Shown here in pieces: positions 10,687 to 20,346 of a stretch of DNA of 64,000 bases. Location of the stretch: NCBI GenBank assembly GCA_963668695.2, contig CAXXLQ010000001.1, forward strand, positions 80,505 through 144,504, given 5' to 3'. This stretch comes from Vicinamibacteria bacterium (GTDB taxonomy: Bacteria > Acidobacteriota > Vicinamibacteria > Marinacidobacterales > Marinacidobacteraceae). Position 1 is the first letter of the stretch. Each line of letters opens with the position of its first letter. Position numbers and translations under genes: made by a program. The notes under the pieces were generated by a model. It made no database searches and was not told the origin of the DNA. It saw only the letters and a list, made by a program, of their open reading frames with translations.

Positions 10687-11444
10687 CGGTTTCTTCCGCC
10701 CCGGGCTCTGGCTCCGCCCCCCCCGCAATACCCGGATGGGTGGCTCCTCCCGGCGCCGGGGAGCTGGTGGTTGCCGTCGACACCGCGTCCCTCGACGAGG
10801 CGATGCGTCTTCGGGACACCCTGGCGGGCGCCGCCTCGTTCTACAAGGTGGGGAAGGAACTCTTCACCGCGGCCGGACCGCGCGCGGTCTCCGAGTTTGC
10901 CTCGGCAGGGCGCGTGTTCCTGGACCTCAAGTTCCACGACATTCCGGCAACGGTCGCGGGCGCGGTGCGAGCGTCGGCGGGGTTGGGAGCCAGCATCGTG
11001 GATGTCCATGCCTCCGGGGGAAGGCCGATGCTCGAGGCGGCTGTCCGAGCCGCCTGGTCCACCCCGGCGCCGCCCCTGCTGCTCGGAGTAACCGTGCTGA
11101 CCCACTTCGACCGGGAGAGCGCCGCTGAGGTCTATCCCGGGATTTCCATTGCGGACCAGGTTCTGAATCTCGCCCGGCTCACCCGGGCGGCCGGGCTGGG
11201 GGGAGTGGTCGCGTCCGCCTCGGAGGCGGAAGAACTTCGCAGCACTTTCGGCGACGATTTCGTGCTGCTCGTGCCGGGAGTCCGTCCCCGCTGGGCGGCC
11301 GAAGCGCACGACCAGCGCCGGGTCGCCACCCCGGGCGAGGCAGCGCGGCGAGGGGCGAACTACATCGTCGTCGGCCGGGCCATCACCAGGCACGCCGACC
11401 CCCGGACGGCGGCGCTTCGGATCGTCGAAGAAATCCGCGGCTGA
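10683..11444 (+). CDS. pyrF: Orotidine-5'-phosphate decarboxylase
   Basis: FLDLKFHDIPATV, VPGVRP, DQRRVATP, YIVVGRAI. Confidence 0.95.
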   Translation: MTVSSAPGSGSAPPAIPGWVAPPGAGELVVAVDTASLDEAMRLRDTLAGAASFYKVGKELFTAAGPRAVSEFASAGRVFLDLKFHDIPATVAGAVRASAGLGASIVDVHASGGRPMLEAAVRAAWSTPAPPLLLGVTVLTHFDRESAAEVYPGISIADQVLNLARLTRAAGLGGVVASASEAEELRSTFGDDFVLLVPGVRPRWAAEAHDQRRVATPGEAARRGANYIVVGRAITRHADPRTAALRIVEEIRG

Positions 11445-11571
11445 CAGGCGTCTGGTGCGATCCGAAATAGCCAGCGCGGACCGAAAATCGCAGGTCTAAC
11501 GTTGACTCGCAGAGAGCGTTCCGATAGCCTCCCAAGTGGCTGTTATTTCGCTGTCCCCGGAGGTTTTCCTT

Positions 11572-12138
11572 GTGAGAAAAGCTATCGCCACCTTGCTGTT
11601 GCTCTCTCTCGCGACGGTTGCTCTTGGGTTCGCCTTGTCCGCGTGCTCCAAGGCGCCTCCGCCTCCGCCTCCGCCGCCGGAGGAGCCGCCTCCTCCGCCG
11701 CCTCCGCCACCGCCGCCTCCGCCACCGCCACCACCACCGCCGCCACCGCCGCCGACGGAGCGGGACATGTATCTGGACACCGACATGATGGAGCTCCAGA
11801 GGAACCTCTCGGACGTTCACTTCGCCTATGACGAGTCGGAGTTGACCGATGCCTCGCGAAGCGCGCTTCAAGCCAACTCGGCTTGGTTGCAGCAGCCCTA
11901 TGTCTCGGCGCAGATCCAGATCGAGGGCCATTGCGACGAGCGCGGCACCGTGGAATACAACCAGGCGCTCGGTGAGCGGCGGGGGCGCGCAGCCTACGAC
12001 TACCTCGTTTCGCTGGGGGTGCCGGACAGCCGGATCGAGATGGTGAGCTACGGGAAGGAGCGCCCGCAGTGCACCGAGAGCGACGAAGACTGCTGGCAGC
12101 GGAACCGTCGCGCCCACTTCAAGATCACGACCAAGTAG
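11572..12138 (+). CDS. pal: Peptidoglycan-associated lipoprotein (OmpA family) with a long polyproline linker
   Basis: GGAGG RBS then GTG; lipobox LSAC; HFAYD, IEGHCDERGTVEYNQALGERR, SYGKERP, NRRA. Confidence 0.92.
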   Translation: MRKAIATLLLLSLATVALGFALSACSKAPPPPPPPPEEPPPPPPPPPPPPPPPPPPPPPPPTERDMYLDTDMMELQRNLSDVHFAYDESELTDASRSALQANSAWLQQPYVSAQIQIEGHCDERGTVEYNQALGERRGRAAYDYLVSLGVPDSRIEMVSYGKERPQCTESDEDCWQRNRRAHFKITTK

Positions 12139-12152
12139 CGACTTCCGCTTCC

Positions 12153-12192
12153 GAAAGCGCTCCGGTCGAAAGACCGGGGCGCTTTCTTCTTT
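12153..12192 (+). terminator. Rho-independent terminator after pal
   Basis: GAAAGCGCTCCGGTC-GAAA-GACCGGGGCGCTTTC followed by TTCTTT. Confidence 0.8.
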
Positions 12193-12296
12193 GTGCCCGG
12201 ATTTGTGCCCGGACGCGGTCCGAAGCCTCTTCCGGGCCCGCGCCCGGCCACGACACGGCCCGCGAGAGGATCAGCCGGGCATCAACCCCGTTTGGG

Positions 12297-13733
12297 TTAC
12301 GCGCTTCCGACCCGACGTCGCGCGGTTTCGGGTAGTTCGGGATCCCTCATGGGCTTTTGCAAAATCCCGTGACGTTTCATTTTTTCGTGGAGCGTCGTGG
12401 GGTTCATCTGCAGTGCCTGAGCGGCGCGTTTCTGGTTACCCCGGGTCCGCCGGAGCGCCCGCTCGATGAGCGTCTTCTCGATTTCGGCGATCACTTCCTT
12501 GAGAGGGCGGGAACCGATGTTCTCGGCGCGCGGCGCCGGCCCCTCCGGCGGCGAGCAGAGCGCTTCGGGCAGGACGGTGCCGGAGAACCGGGACACCCGG
12601 GCGGTTGCCACCGCGCGCTCCACCCACATGCGGAGTTCCGCGGTGTTGCCGGGCCAGTGGTACCCGCCGTAAGCCTCGACCGTGGCTCCGGAGACCCCGA
12701 AAGGAGGCTCTCCGGAGGTCTTGCAAGCCTGCTTCAGGAAATGCAGGAGGAGGGCCGGGATGTCCTCCCGGCGCTGTCGTAGCGGGGGGATCCGGATGGT
12801 GGCCGTCTCCAGACGTTTGAACAGTGTTCGCGAGAACGCGCCGGACTGCACTCTGGCTCGGAGGTCGGGGGTAGCGGAAACGAGCAGCCGGAATGGGGGC
12901 GGCCGGCGAACGGCGTCGTCGAGAGTGGCCTGATCTCCAGCGTGGAGGTGCTCCACGCCACTCAGATAGAGACTCCCCGGCCGGTAGAGACCCTCCGCCC
13001 GGGTCTGGAGACTCCTCGATCCGGATTCCCGGTCGTCTCGTCTCAGCCTCGCGAGGATCGTTCCCAGTCCTCCCGCCGGAAGGCTCGCCGCTTGAAGCGG
13101 GAGGAACGGCAGCGACGACTGGCGGCCGAGTCGATGAACGAGTTCAGCGGCCAGACGCCGGCCACTACCCGGTTCGCCGACGACCAGCACGGGCCCGTCC
13201 GAGAAGGCGGTCGTGGTGATGGCGCTGCGGATCTCCGCGGCCTCGTCCGAGCAGCCGATCCAGTCTTCAAGCCGGGTCGCGGAGCGGAGCTCGTCCCGCA
13301 GAATCCGGTTCTCTCGCAGCAGGCTCCGATATCCGAGTTCGGCCTCCAGGGAGGTGAGCAACGCTTCCCGGCGGACTGGAGCGGGCACGAGCCGCGGGCG
13401 TCCGGGTCCGAGTCCGGCGAAATCCGGCTTGGCCGTCTCAGCGTCGGCGAGCACGATGGTCGCCGCTTCGGGGCAGATCGCGTGCAAGCGATCCAGCGTT
13501 GCACGCACGGGCACCGGACTCGCCGTCGCGTCCACGACCACTACCGAGGCTCGATGGAGCCGCTCCTCCGCCGTTTCGTCCAGTACCGAAGGGTACCGTT
13601 CCACCTGCCACGACTCCTCGGTAAGGAACTGGACGGCGTCGCGCGCTGGCCGGCTGTCCCCGACCACGACAGCGACGCGGTCGGTGGCGGCGATTGGCGC
13701 CTTCGGGATGAGAGCGGGCGCGGCGAGGGACAT
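12297..13733 (-). CDS. NtrC-like regulator (receiver, degenerate AAA+, Fis HTH)
   Basis: GEPGSGR, IPPLRQRREDIP, WPGNTAEL and HTH ALRRTRGNQKRAAQAL are present; no GAFTGA loop. Confidence 0.82.
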   Translation of the reverse strand: MSLAAPALIPKAPIAATDRVAVVVGDSRPARDAVQFLTEESWQVERYPSVLDETAEERLHRASVVVVDATASPVPVRATLDRLHAICPEAATIVLADAETAKPDFAGLGPGRPRLVPAPVRREALLTSLEAELGYRSLLRENRILRDELRSATRLEDWIGCSDEAAEIRSAITTTAFSDGPVLVVGEPGSGRRLAAELVHRLGRQSSLPFLPLQAASLPAGGLGTILARLRRDDRESGSRSLQTRAEGLYRPGSLYLSGVEHLHAGDQATLDDAVRRPPPFRLLVSATPDLRARVQSGAFSRTLFKRLETATIRIPPLRQRREDIPALLLHFLKQACKTSGEPPFGVSGATVEAYGGYHWPGNTAELRMWVERAVATARVSRFSGTVLPEALCSPPEGPAPRAENIGSRPLKEVIAEIEKTLIERALRRTRGNQKRAAQALQMNPTTLHEKMKRHGILQKPMRDPELPETARRRVGSA

Positions 13734-13849
13734 GGATAGGCGAGGGGAGCCCGGGCCTCCTCCCTTCACGATTCCCTCGCCCGCTGGAATTCCGAAGCTC
13801 GGAGAGGTTCCGAACAAAGAGAACGATGTCAGCGGGGAATGGTTCCGCC

Positions 13850-14010
13850 TAACAGCCGGTGGTGGAACCCGCGTGAGCGCCGAGGCCGGCCAGTTCTCCC
13901 GGTGGGGGCGAGGCCCAGTTCTCCCGGTGGGGGTCCGGCTGACAAGGCGCGTGAGGGAGGAGCCCCCACCGGGAGAACTGGGCCGTGTGGGTTCCACTAC
14001 CGGCTGTTGA
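13850..14010. mobile_element. MITE-like modular repeat
   Basis: TAACAGCCGGTGGTGGAACC...GGTTCCACTACCGGCTGTT, with three copies of the 18-bp motif. Confidence 0.75.
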
Positions 14011-14047
14011 GCTCCCCGATCCGGAGATTACCGGGGATTACCGGGGA

Positions 14048-14677
14048 TTACCGGGATTGCCGGATCTGGGCCGCAACTTCCAGGAAATAGGCATGGATGC
14101 GCGTATCGGTCGTCAGTTCCGGATGAAAGGTTGTCGCAAGCACCCGCCCTTCCCGGACGAAAGCCGACTGCCCGCGCCATTTCGCGAGCACGTGCACGTC
14201 CGCACCGGCGGCGCTGATGATTGGGGCGCGGATCATCACCAGAGGCAGGTCCGGCTCACCCAGCTCGGGACAGGGCGTCGCCCCGAGGTGGCTCTCCAAC
14301 TGCCGGCCGTAACCGTTTCGCTGGATCTCGATGTCAAGCAGTGCAAGCGACTGCTGCGCCGGATTCTGGACGGCGCGGGCCAGGAGAATGGCTCCGGCGC
14401 AGGTCCCGTAGAGTGCGCCTCCCCGTTGATGGAAGGTTCTGAGGGGCTCGAAGAGTTCCTCCTCGAGGAGAAACTTCAGCATCGTCGAGCTTTCTCCGCC
14501 GGGGATGATGAGTCCATCGAGCCCGTCGAGGGCCGGAGTCCTGCGGACCTCTACCGCTTCGATGCCGAGTCGCTGCAGTATGGCCGTGTGCAGAGCGAAG
14601 CTCCCCTGAAGTGCGAGCACCCCGATGCGCGGCGAGGAAGGGGACCGGACAGGCTCCAACCGGGTCGGCGCTGTCAT
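14048..14677 (-). CDS. pdxT: Pyridoxal 5'-phosphate synthase glutaminase subunit
   Basis: IGVLALQG, PGGESST, GTCAG, RNGYGRQLES, TFHPELT. Confidence 0.95.
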   Translation of the reverse strand: MTAPTRLEPVRSPSSPRIGVLALQGSFALHTAILQRLGIEAVEVRRTPALDGLDGLIIPGGESSTMLKFLLEEELFEPLRTFHQRGGALYGTCAGAILLARAVQNPAQQSLALLDIEIQRNGYGRQLESHLGATPCPELGEPDLPLVMIRAPIISAAGADVHVLAKWRGQSAFVREGRVLATTFHPELTTDTRIHAYFLEVAAQIRQSR

Positions 14678-14823
14678 CTTTGGCGAATCTCTCCCATCTT
14701 CACGTAAGCACGGCGTTTCGAGGCTCCGTCCTGCCGAACTGCGCCTGCGGCGGACGAACCTCCGGAAGCGGAACGCTGAGAAGCGTCACCACGGACCCGG
14801 GACCCCACCCCGGCTAGTAGCGT

Positions 14824-15702
14824 TTAGTTGCCGCGCGTCTGCAGCAACTCCGCCTCTGGGATCGAGGCGATGTCCAGGCCTCGCATCGGTTCGCCGAGGC
14901 CCATGGAAACCTCGACCAGCATGGCCGGGTCGCGGTAGTGGGTCACCGCTTTCACGATGGCCTTGGCCCGCTGTGCCGGATCCGTCGACTTGAAGATCCC
15001 GGACCCGACGAAAACCGATTCCGCCCCGAGTTGCATGCACAGCGCCGCGTCGGCCGGGGTTGCTACCCCTCCCGCCGCGAAGTTGGGTACGGGCAAGCGC
15101 CCGTCGCGCGCCACGATCCGCACCAGTTCGTAGGGGGCGCGGAGTTCCTTGGCGGCGGACATCAGTTCGTCATCGGTAAGGATCGTGAGGCGGCGGAGCG
15201 CGTTTCCGATATGGCGCAAGTGCCGGACAGCTTCCACGATGTTGCCGGAACCGGCTTCGCCCTTGGTACGAATGAGCGCCGCCCCTTCCCCAATCCGGCG
15301 GAGCGCCTCCCCGAGGTTGCGGCAGCCGCACACGAAAGGCACCTCGAAGGCGTGCTTGTCGATGTGGTTTTCTTCGTCGGCCGGTGTCAGCACTTCACTC
15401 TCGTCAACGAAGTCCACCCCCATCTCCTGAAGAATCTGGGCCTCGACGAAGTGGCCGATGCGCACCTTGGCCATCACCGGGATGCTTACCGTTTCAATGA
15501 TTTCCCGGATCTTCTCCGGGGAGGACATCCGGGCCACCCCGCCGTCCCTGCGGATATCGGCCGGCACCCGCTCGAGAGCCATCACGCTCACCGCGCCGGC
15601 GTCTTCGGCAATGCGCGCCTGTTCGGCGTTGGTGACGTCCATGATCGCGCCGCCCTTCAGCATGTCGGCAAGACCTGTCTTCAGTCGGAATTCCGTGCTC
15701 AT
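14824..15702 (-). CDS. pdxS: Pyridoxal 5'-phosphate synthase lyase subunit
   Basis: [41 protein letters not shown]. Confidence 0.97.
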   Translation of the reverse strand: MSTEFRLKTGLADMLKGGAIMDVTNAEQARIAEDAGAVSVMALERVPADIRRDGGVARMSSPEKIREIIETVSIPVMAKVRIGHFVEAQILQEMGVDFVDESEVLTPADEENHIDKHAFEVPFVCGCRNLGEALRRIGEGAALIRTKGEAGSGNIVEAVRHLRHIGNALRRLTILTDDELMSAAKELRAPYELVRIVARDGRLPVPNFAAGGVATPADAALCMQLGAESVFVGSGIFKSTDPAQRAKAIVKAVTHYRDPAMLVEVSMGLGEPMRGLDIASIPEAELLQTRGN

Positions 15703-15771
15703 TGCATTCTCCTGAACGGACTTGCTGTCCGTCGCAACCGGCGTGGGCCGAACTCTTCGTTGACGGCCTGC

Positions 15772-16710
15772 TCAGGCCGTCGCCCGACCCGGAACTCTAC
15801 TCGCCCACGCCGGGTGTATGCGGGCGAAAGCTATCCCCGCGATGATCAGAATTGCCCCGCCGATCTGGGCGGCCTCCAGAGCCTCTCCGAGCCACAGCCA
15901 GGAGATCAGTATTGACGGTATGGGAAGGACACTCGAATAGACGCCCGTGAGCGTGGGCCCCACCCGCGCGGTCGCGTACATCCACAGCATGTTCCCCAGA
16001 CCGATCGCGGTAATCCCGGACAAGAGTGCGGCAGCCCACCACTCCACGGGGGGGCGCCCGAAGTCGGAGAGCGTGAGGAGGAAGGGGCTGGGCAACAGCA
16101 GCAGGACCGATGCGACCGCCGAACTCCACGCCGTTACCCGCAGGGCGCCGTACTTGTGGACGAGGGACTTTCCCCGGACGGTGTACACGGCCCACCCGAT
16201 CATCGCGGCGAAGAGCGCGAGATTGCCGAGGTGCGCGGTCAGGCTGGATTCCGCCGCGGAGATGAAGACGATCCCGACCATCGCGAGAATGAGCCCGATA
16301 GCGGCGGGTTGGCAGAAGCGCTCGACCCGGGTCACCCAGGCCAGGACCGCGATGGCCACCGGGGTCAGAGCCAGGATGAGGGCCGAACTGGTCGCCGACG
16401 ACGCATGGGTTCCGTGAATGAATCCGACCTGGAAGACGACATGCCCGGCGACGCCCAACACGAAAACAGACCAGGCGTCGCGCCACTCGAACTTCCTGAG
16501 AGCCGGGGTCCTCGCCACGGCGAAGAGGAGGACCAGGGACGCCGGGACGAGGCGCGCGAGGTTGAAGGCGTAGGGATTTCCCATGTCCACCCCATACTTG
16601 ACCATGCTCGGGCTCGCCGCCCAGACGAGAACGACGATCGCGAGCGCCGCCTCCGCCCGTCGCGCGGTCCGGGCGCGGGGGGATGCCGCGGGAACGGGCT
16701 GGATCACCAC
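15772..16710 (-). CDS. DMT/EamA family transporter
   Basis: About ten hydrophobic helices in two repeats; WAVYTV and WLWLGE motifs. Start uncertain. Confidence 0.85.
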   Translation of the reverse strand: MVIQPVPAASPRARTARRAEAALAIVVLVWAASPSMVKYGVDMGNPYAFNLARLVPASLVLLFAVARTPALRKFEWRDAWSVFVLGVAGHVVFQVGFIHGTHASSATSSALILALTPVAIAVLAWVTRVERFCQPAAIGLILAMVGIVFISAAESSLTAHLGNLALFAAMIGWAVYTVRGKSLVHKYGALRVTAWSSAVASVLLLLPSPFLLTLSDFGRPPVEWWAAALLSGITAIGLGNMLWMYATARVGPTLTGVYSSVLPIPSILISWLWLGEALEAAQIGGAILIIAGIAFARIHPAWASRVPGRATA

Positions 16711-16760
16711 GGGTACTGAATTCGGCCCCCCGCGCCCGAACCGCGCGGCGCTGCGCGCCG

Positions 16761-17031
16761 GGCTTCCGAAGTGCGGCGGGAGCCGCACGGAGACCCCGGA
16801 GCGGGAGGGGGTGGGGTCGGGAGACCCGACTCCCAGGCTCGGGCTTCCGAAGTGCGGCGGGAGCCGCACGGAGACCCCGGAGCGGGAGGGGGTGGGGTCG
16901 GGAGACCCGACTCCCAGCCGCTCCTGGCTCGGGAATCGCAACTCCCTTGCCCGCTGTTGGCGGGCGGCGGCGAGTTTCGATTCACGTTGTCTTCTTGTGA
17001 AAGGGGAGGGCCCCTTTCACACTTTCCCCCG
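16761..17031. repeat. Two tandem CGGAGACCCCGGAGC units (about 80 bp) plus a GTGAAAGGGG...CCCCTTTCAC hairpin
   Basis: The same module combination recurs at about 39100-39222, 40520-40595 and 41180-41398. Confidence 0.75.
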
Positions 17032-17179
17032 AACTGACGACTGCGAGCCATGTTCGCCGTCGTCAGTGCGTCGCCCGGTCCGGGGGAGCGCCGCCGGAAC
17101 GGTCCGGATTACGGCGGGTACGGTATTGGGCCGCGGCATCGGGTCGGTGGGTGCGGCGCGCCGGCCCCGCACGCCACGC

Positions 17180-18076
17180 CTACATCATCCGCTGGACGAT
17201 GCGGTCCCGCTGCTCTTGGGTGATGGCTTCCGAAACGTGGGAAACCGGCAGCGCCCCGCCGTCCAGAATCGGCTCGAGCGCGTGCAGCGGCGGGACCGCC
17301 TGATCCTGATAGAAGAGCCCGGTGTAGATCTTCTCGTCCCACTCCATTGCCCGTTCGCACGCGGTTTTCCAATCCGAGGGATCGTGGTTCTCATCCTCGA
17401 GCAGTGAGATCCGCTGGCGGAAGAAGTCGTAGGTGTTGTCGCGGTTGAAGGTGACACACGGACTGAAGACATCAATCACCGCGAATCCCCGATGCTCGAT
17501 GGCGCCCTTGATCAGCCGGACCAGCTGCTTCATGTTGCCGGAGAACCCGCGCGCCACATAGGTGGCTCCGTTCATGATGGCCGAGGTGATCGGATTCACC
17601 GGTCGCTCGATGTTCCCGAACGGCGTGCTCTTGGTCTTCATTCCCAGGCTGCTGCTCGGGGAGATCTGTCCGGTGGTGAGCCCGTAGATCTGATTGTTCA
17701 TCACCAGGTAAGTGAGATCCACGTTGCGGCGGGCCGTGTGGGTGAAGTGGTTGCCGCCGATGCCATAGCCGTCTCCATCGCCGCCGGTGACCAGGACGGT
17801 GAGCGTCTGGTTGGCCATCTTCACCCCGGTGGCTACCGCGAGCGACCGCCCGTGGAGGGTGTGCATACCGTAGGAGTTGAAGTAACCGGGGAAGTTCGAG
17901 GAACAACCGATCCCGCTCACGCACACGATCTGGTGCGGGGAAAGGCCCAGATCGGCCACGGACACCTGGGTGGCCCGCAACAGAGCGAAGTCGCCGCAGC
18001 CTGGACACCAGTCCGGGTCGACCTTCCCCTTGAAGTCTTTGGCGGTCAGTGGCTTTTCCCTGAGTTCGATAGTCAT
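17180..18076 (-). CDS. 2-oxoacid:ferredoxin oxidoreductase beta subunit
   Basis: WCPGCGDF, SGIGCSS, TLHGR, GGDGD, NNQIYGLTTGQ, SPCVTFN. Confidence 0.95.
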   Translation of the reverse strand: MTIELREKPLTAKDFKGKVDPDWCPGCGDFALLRATQVSVADLGLSPHQIVCVSGIGCSSNFPGYFNSYGMHTLHGRSLAVATGVKMANQTLTVLVTGGDGDGYGIGGNHFTHTARRNVDLTYLVMNNQIYGLTTGQISPSSSLGMKTKSTPFGNIERPVNPITSAIMNGATYVARGFSGNMKQLVRLIKGAIEHRGFAVIDVFSPCVTFNRDNTYDFFRQRISLLEDENHDPSDWKTACERAMEWDEKIYTGLFYQDQAVPPLHALEPILDGGALPVSHVSEAITQEQRDRIVQRMM

Positions 18077-18128
18077 TGGGTCTCCTGTTGGTGTCTCCGG
18101 CGGGGTGGGGGTGCTAAACGATCATTTC

Positions 18129-19916
18129 CTAGACAATTATTTCCTGGTCCGGCACGAACACGCCGCCGGGGACTGCGTCTTCGAGATGCGCCCGGACACC
18201 GTCGGCGATGTGATGCGGCATGAACGGCTCGCCATCGTACTTGCGGATGTGTCCGTCGGCGGTAATACCCGTCTCACTCCGCAGGAACCGGTGGAACTGT
18301 CCCGAGTAGTTGTTTTCGATGATGAGCGTCTTCCGAGCACCGGAGAGCGCCTTGATGATGGCTTCGGCGTGGAAAGGCAGAATCCACTTCACGGCGACCC
18401 GGTTTACCTTCACTCCGTCCGCTTGGAGCTGTTCCATCGCTTCGCTGATGACTCCGGCCGTGGAACCCCAGCCCACCAGAGTGACCTCCGCGTCCTTCTC
18501 CCCTTCGAGTTCGGGGGCGGGAACGCGTGAGAGGTAGTCGTCCATCTTCCGAGCCCGCTTCTCCACCATCTGGCGGCGCTTGATCGGGTTCGTGAACTCG
18601 TCCGAAATGAGGATGCCTTCCTCGTCGTGTTCGTCGGTGGCGACCACATGGACATGGCCCGGAACCCCGGGTACGGCCCGCGGGGAGATACCGTCGCTGG
18701 TATCCAGGTAGCGGTTGTAGGGCCCCGCAGCACCATTCGCCTCGCGGATCAGCTGCCCGCGATCGATGGGCGGGAACATGTCGATGTCGCCCGGCGGAAC
18801 GCTGAAGGTTCCTTCGGAAATGAGCAGATCGGAGAGGACGATGGCCGGACACTGGTAGCGATCGATGAGGTTGAACACCTCACCGATCGTGGTGAAAGCA
18901 TCGTGAGCACTCTGGGGCGCCACCACAATCCGTTCGAAGTCGCCCTGGCTGGCTCCCAGCGCCTGCCAGAGATCTCCCTGCTCGGTCTTCGTGGGAACTC
19001 CGGTCGAAGGCCCGGCGCGCATTACGTTGATGAAGACCACCGGGATCTCCATCATGGCCGCCGATCCGATGGCTTCGGTCATGAGCGCGAAACCGCCGCC
19101 CGAGGTGGCGCACATCGTGCGGGCGCCGGTATGGGCGGCGCCTATCGCCATGTTGGCGACTCCGATCTCGTCCTCGACCTGGCGCACCATGATCCCGAGC
19201 TCGCGGGCGTTCTTGGCCATCCAGTGGAGCACTCCGGTCGCGGGGCTCATGGGATAGGCGCAATAGAACTTGACCCCCGCGGCCGCCCCTCCCATCGCCA
19301 GGGCGTCGTTCCCGGTCCACACCGCGAGCGGCTCCGGGTTCTTGGGCAGGGGGTTCGCCAGCGCCGTGAAGTGGGCGCTCGCGTACTCGTAACCGGCGCG
19401 GGCTACGGCGACGTTCGAAGAAACCACCGCCTCGCCTTTTCTCGCGAACTGAAGGACGAGCGCGCCCTCGAGCACCTCGAAATCGAGTCCGAGCACATGG
19501 GCCATTACGCCCAGCGCGGCAGTGTTCTGCGCCAGCTTGTTCTTGGCGTCCCCGGTGAACTCGCTCACCGGCATGCCACAGAGATGAACGCCGGCCTGGT
19601 GCTCTCCGGGGGTGATGGTGTCGGCGTTGTACACCGCGTGGGCACCGGGGCCCAGATGGCGCAGATGGCGCGTCATGGTGTCCTGGTTCAGGCAAAGGAG
19701 CAGGTCGATCCGATCACCGTGCGAGAGCGCCTCCTGTTCCCGAACCCGCATGGTCAGGAGAATGTGTCCACCCCGGATGATGGACTGATACGCGTTGTAA
19801 GCGTTCAGGTGGAGCCCCCGGCGAACGAACATCCGGGCAAGGATGTTGCCGGGCGTGGCAATTCCCTGCCCGGCAGCACCTCCAATGGCGATGGCGAAAT
19901 CGAAACCTTGTGACAT
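18129..19916 (-). CDS. 2-oxoacid:ferredoxin oxidoreductase alpha subunit (gamma-alpha fusion)
   Basis: GGAAGQG, IRGGH, YPMSP, EDEIG, TSGGGF, RAGPSTGVPTKTEQGD. Confidence 0.95.
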   Translation of the reverse strand: MSQGFDFAIAIGGAAGQGIATPGNILARMFVRRGLHLNAYNAYQSIIRGGHILLTMRVREQEALSHGDRIDLLLCLNQDTMTRHLRHLGPGAHAVYNADTITPGEHQAGVHLCGMPVSEFTGDAKNKLAQNTAALGVMAHVLGLDFEVLEGALVLQFARKGEAVVSSNVAVARAGYEYASAHFTALANPLPKNPEPLAVWTGNDALAMGGAAAGVKFYCAYPMSPATGVLHWMAKNARELGIMVRQVEDEIGVANMAIGAAHTGARTMCATSGGGFALMTEAIGSAAMMEIPVVFINVMRAGPSTGVPTKTEQGDLWQALGASQGDFERIVVAPQSAHDAFTTIGEVFNLIDRYQCPAIVLSDLLISEGTFSVPPGDIDMFPPIDRGQLIREANGAAGPYNRYLDTSDGISPRAVPGVPGHVHVVATDEHDEEGILISDEFTNPIKRRQMVEKRARKMDDYLSRVPAPELEGEKDAEVTLVGWGSTAGVISEAMEQLQADGVKVNRVAVKWILPFHAEAIIKALSGARKTLIIENNYSGQFHRFLRSETGITADGHIRKYDGEPFMPHHIADGVRAHLEDAVPGGVFVPDQEIIV

Positions 19917-20346
19917 GTGCGAGTGCGTGACCTTCTTTGACGGATGAACCCTGACGGAGTTCCTTGACCGGACGCGCCGGTCCTGCGGAGTCCGCTCTTT
20001 CCCAAAAGCGAGCGGGCGACGCAAAGTAAGCCGGAAAATTCTATCACCCGGGGAAAGTCGGCCTCCGGACGGAAAACCGGAGGCGGAGTGCCGTGCGCCC
20101 CCGCGCTCGCCCGGTAGTGTCTTTTCAAAGCGAGACACTACCCCTCGCCCCGCTCCGTTGACAAGCGGTCGTGTGCGCGCCTACTATGGGCGACTCCCCG
20201 CGTCACTACGGCGTTCGCCGCCGGGCCTGAAGGTTCATGGAGAGTGTCTGAGCGGGGTAAGAGGGGTCTTCGGCGCGGATGGGTTCCCCCGTACGCCCGA
20301 ACTCCCCCGCTTAACCAAGAGGTTTTTTTGTTCAATGAGAGAGGGT

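Noticed and set aside
14023-14062. Short tandem repeats (GGATTACCGGG at the pdxT stop; also 6336-6372 and 28670-28708)
   Set aside because: Only 2-4 copies each, consistent with local slippage, with no sign of function.
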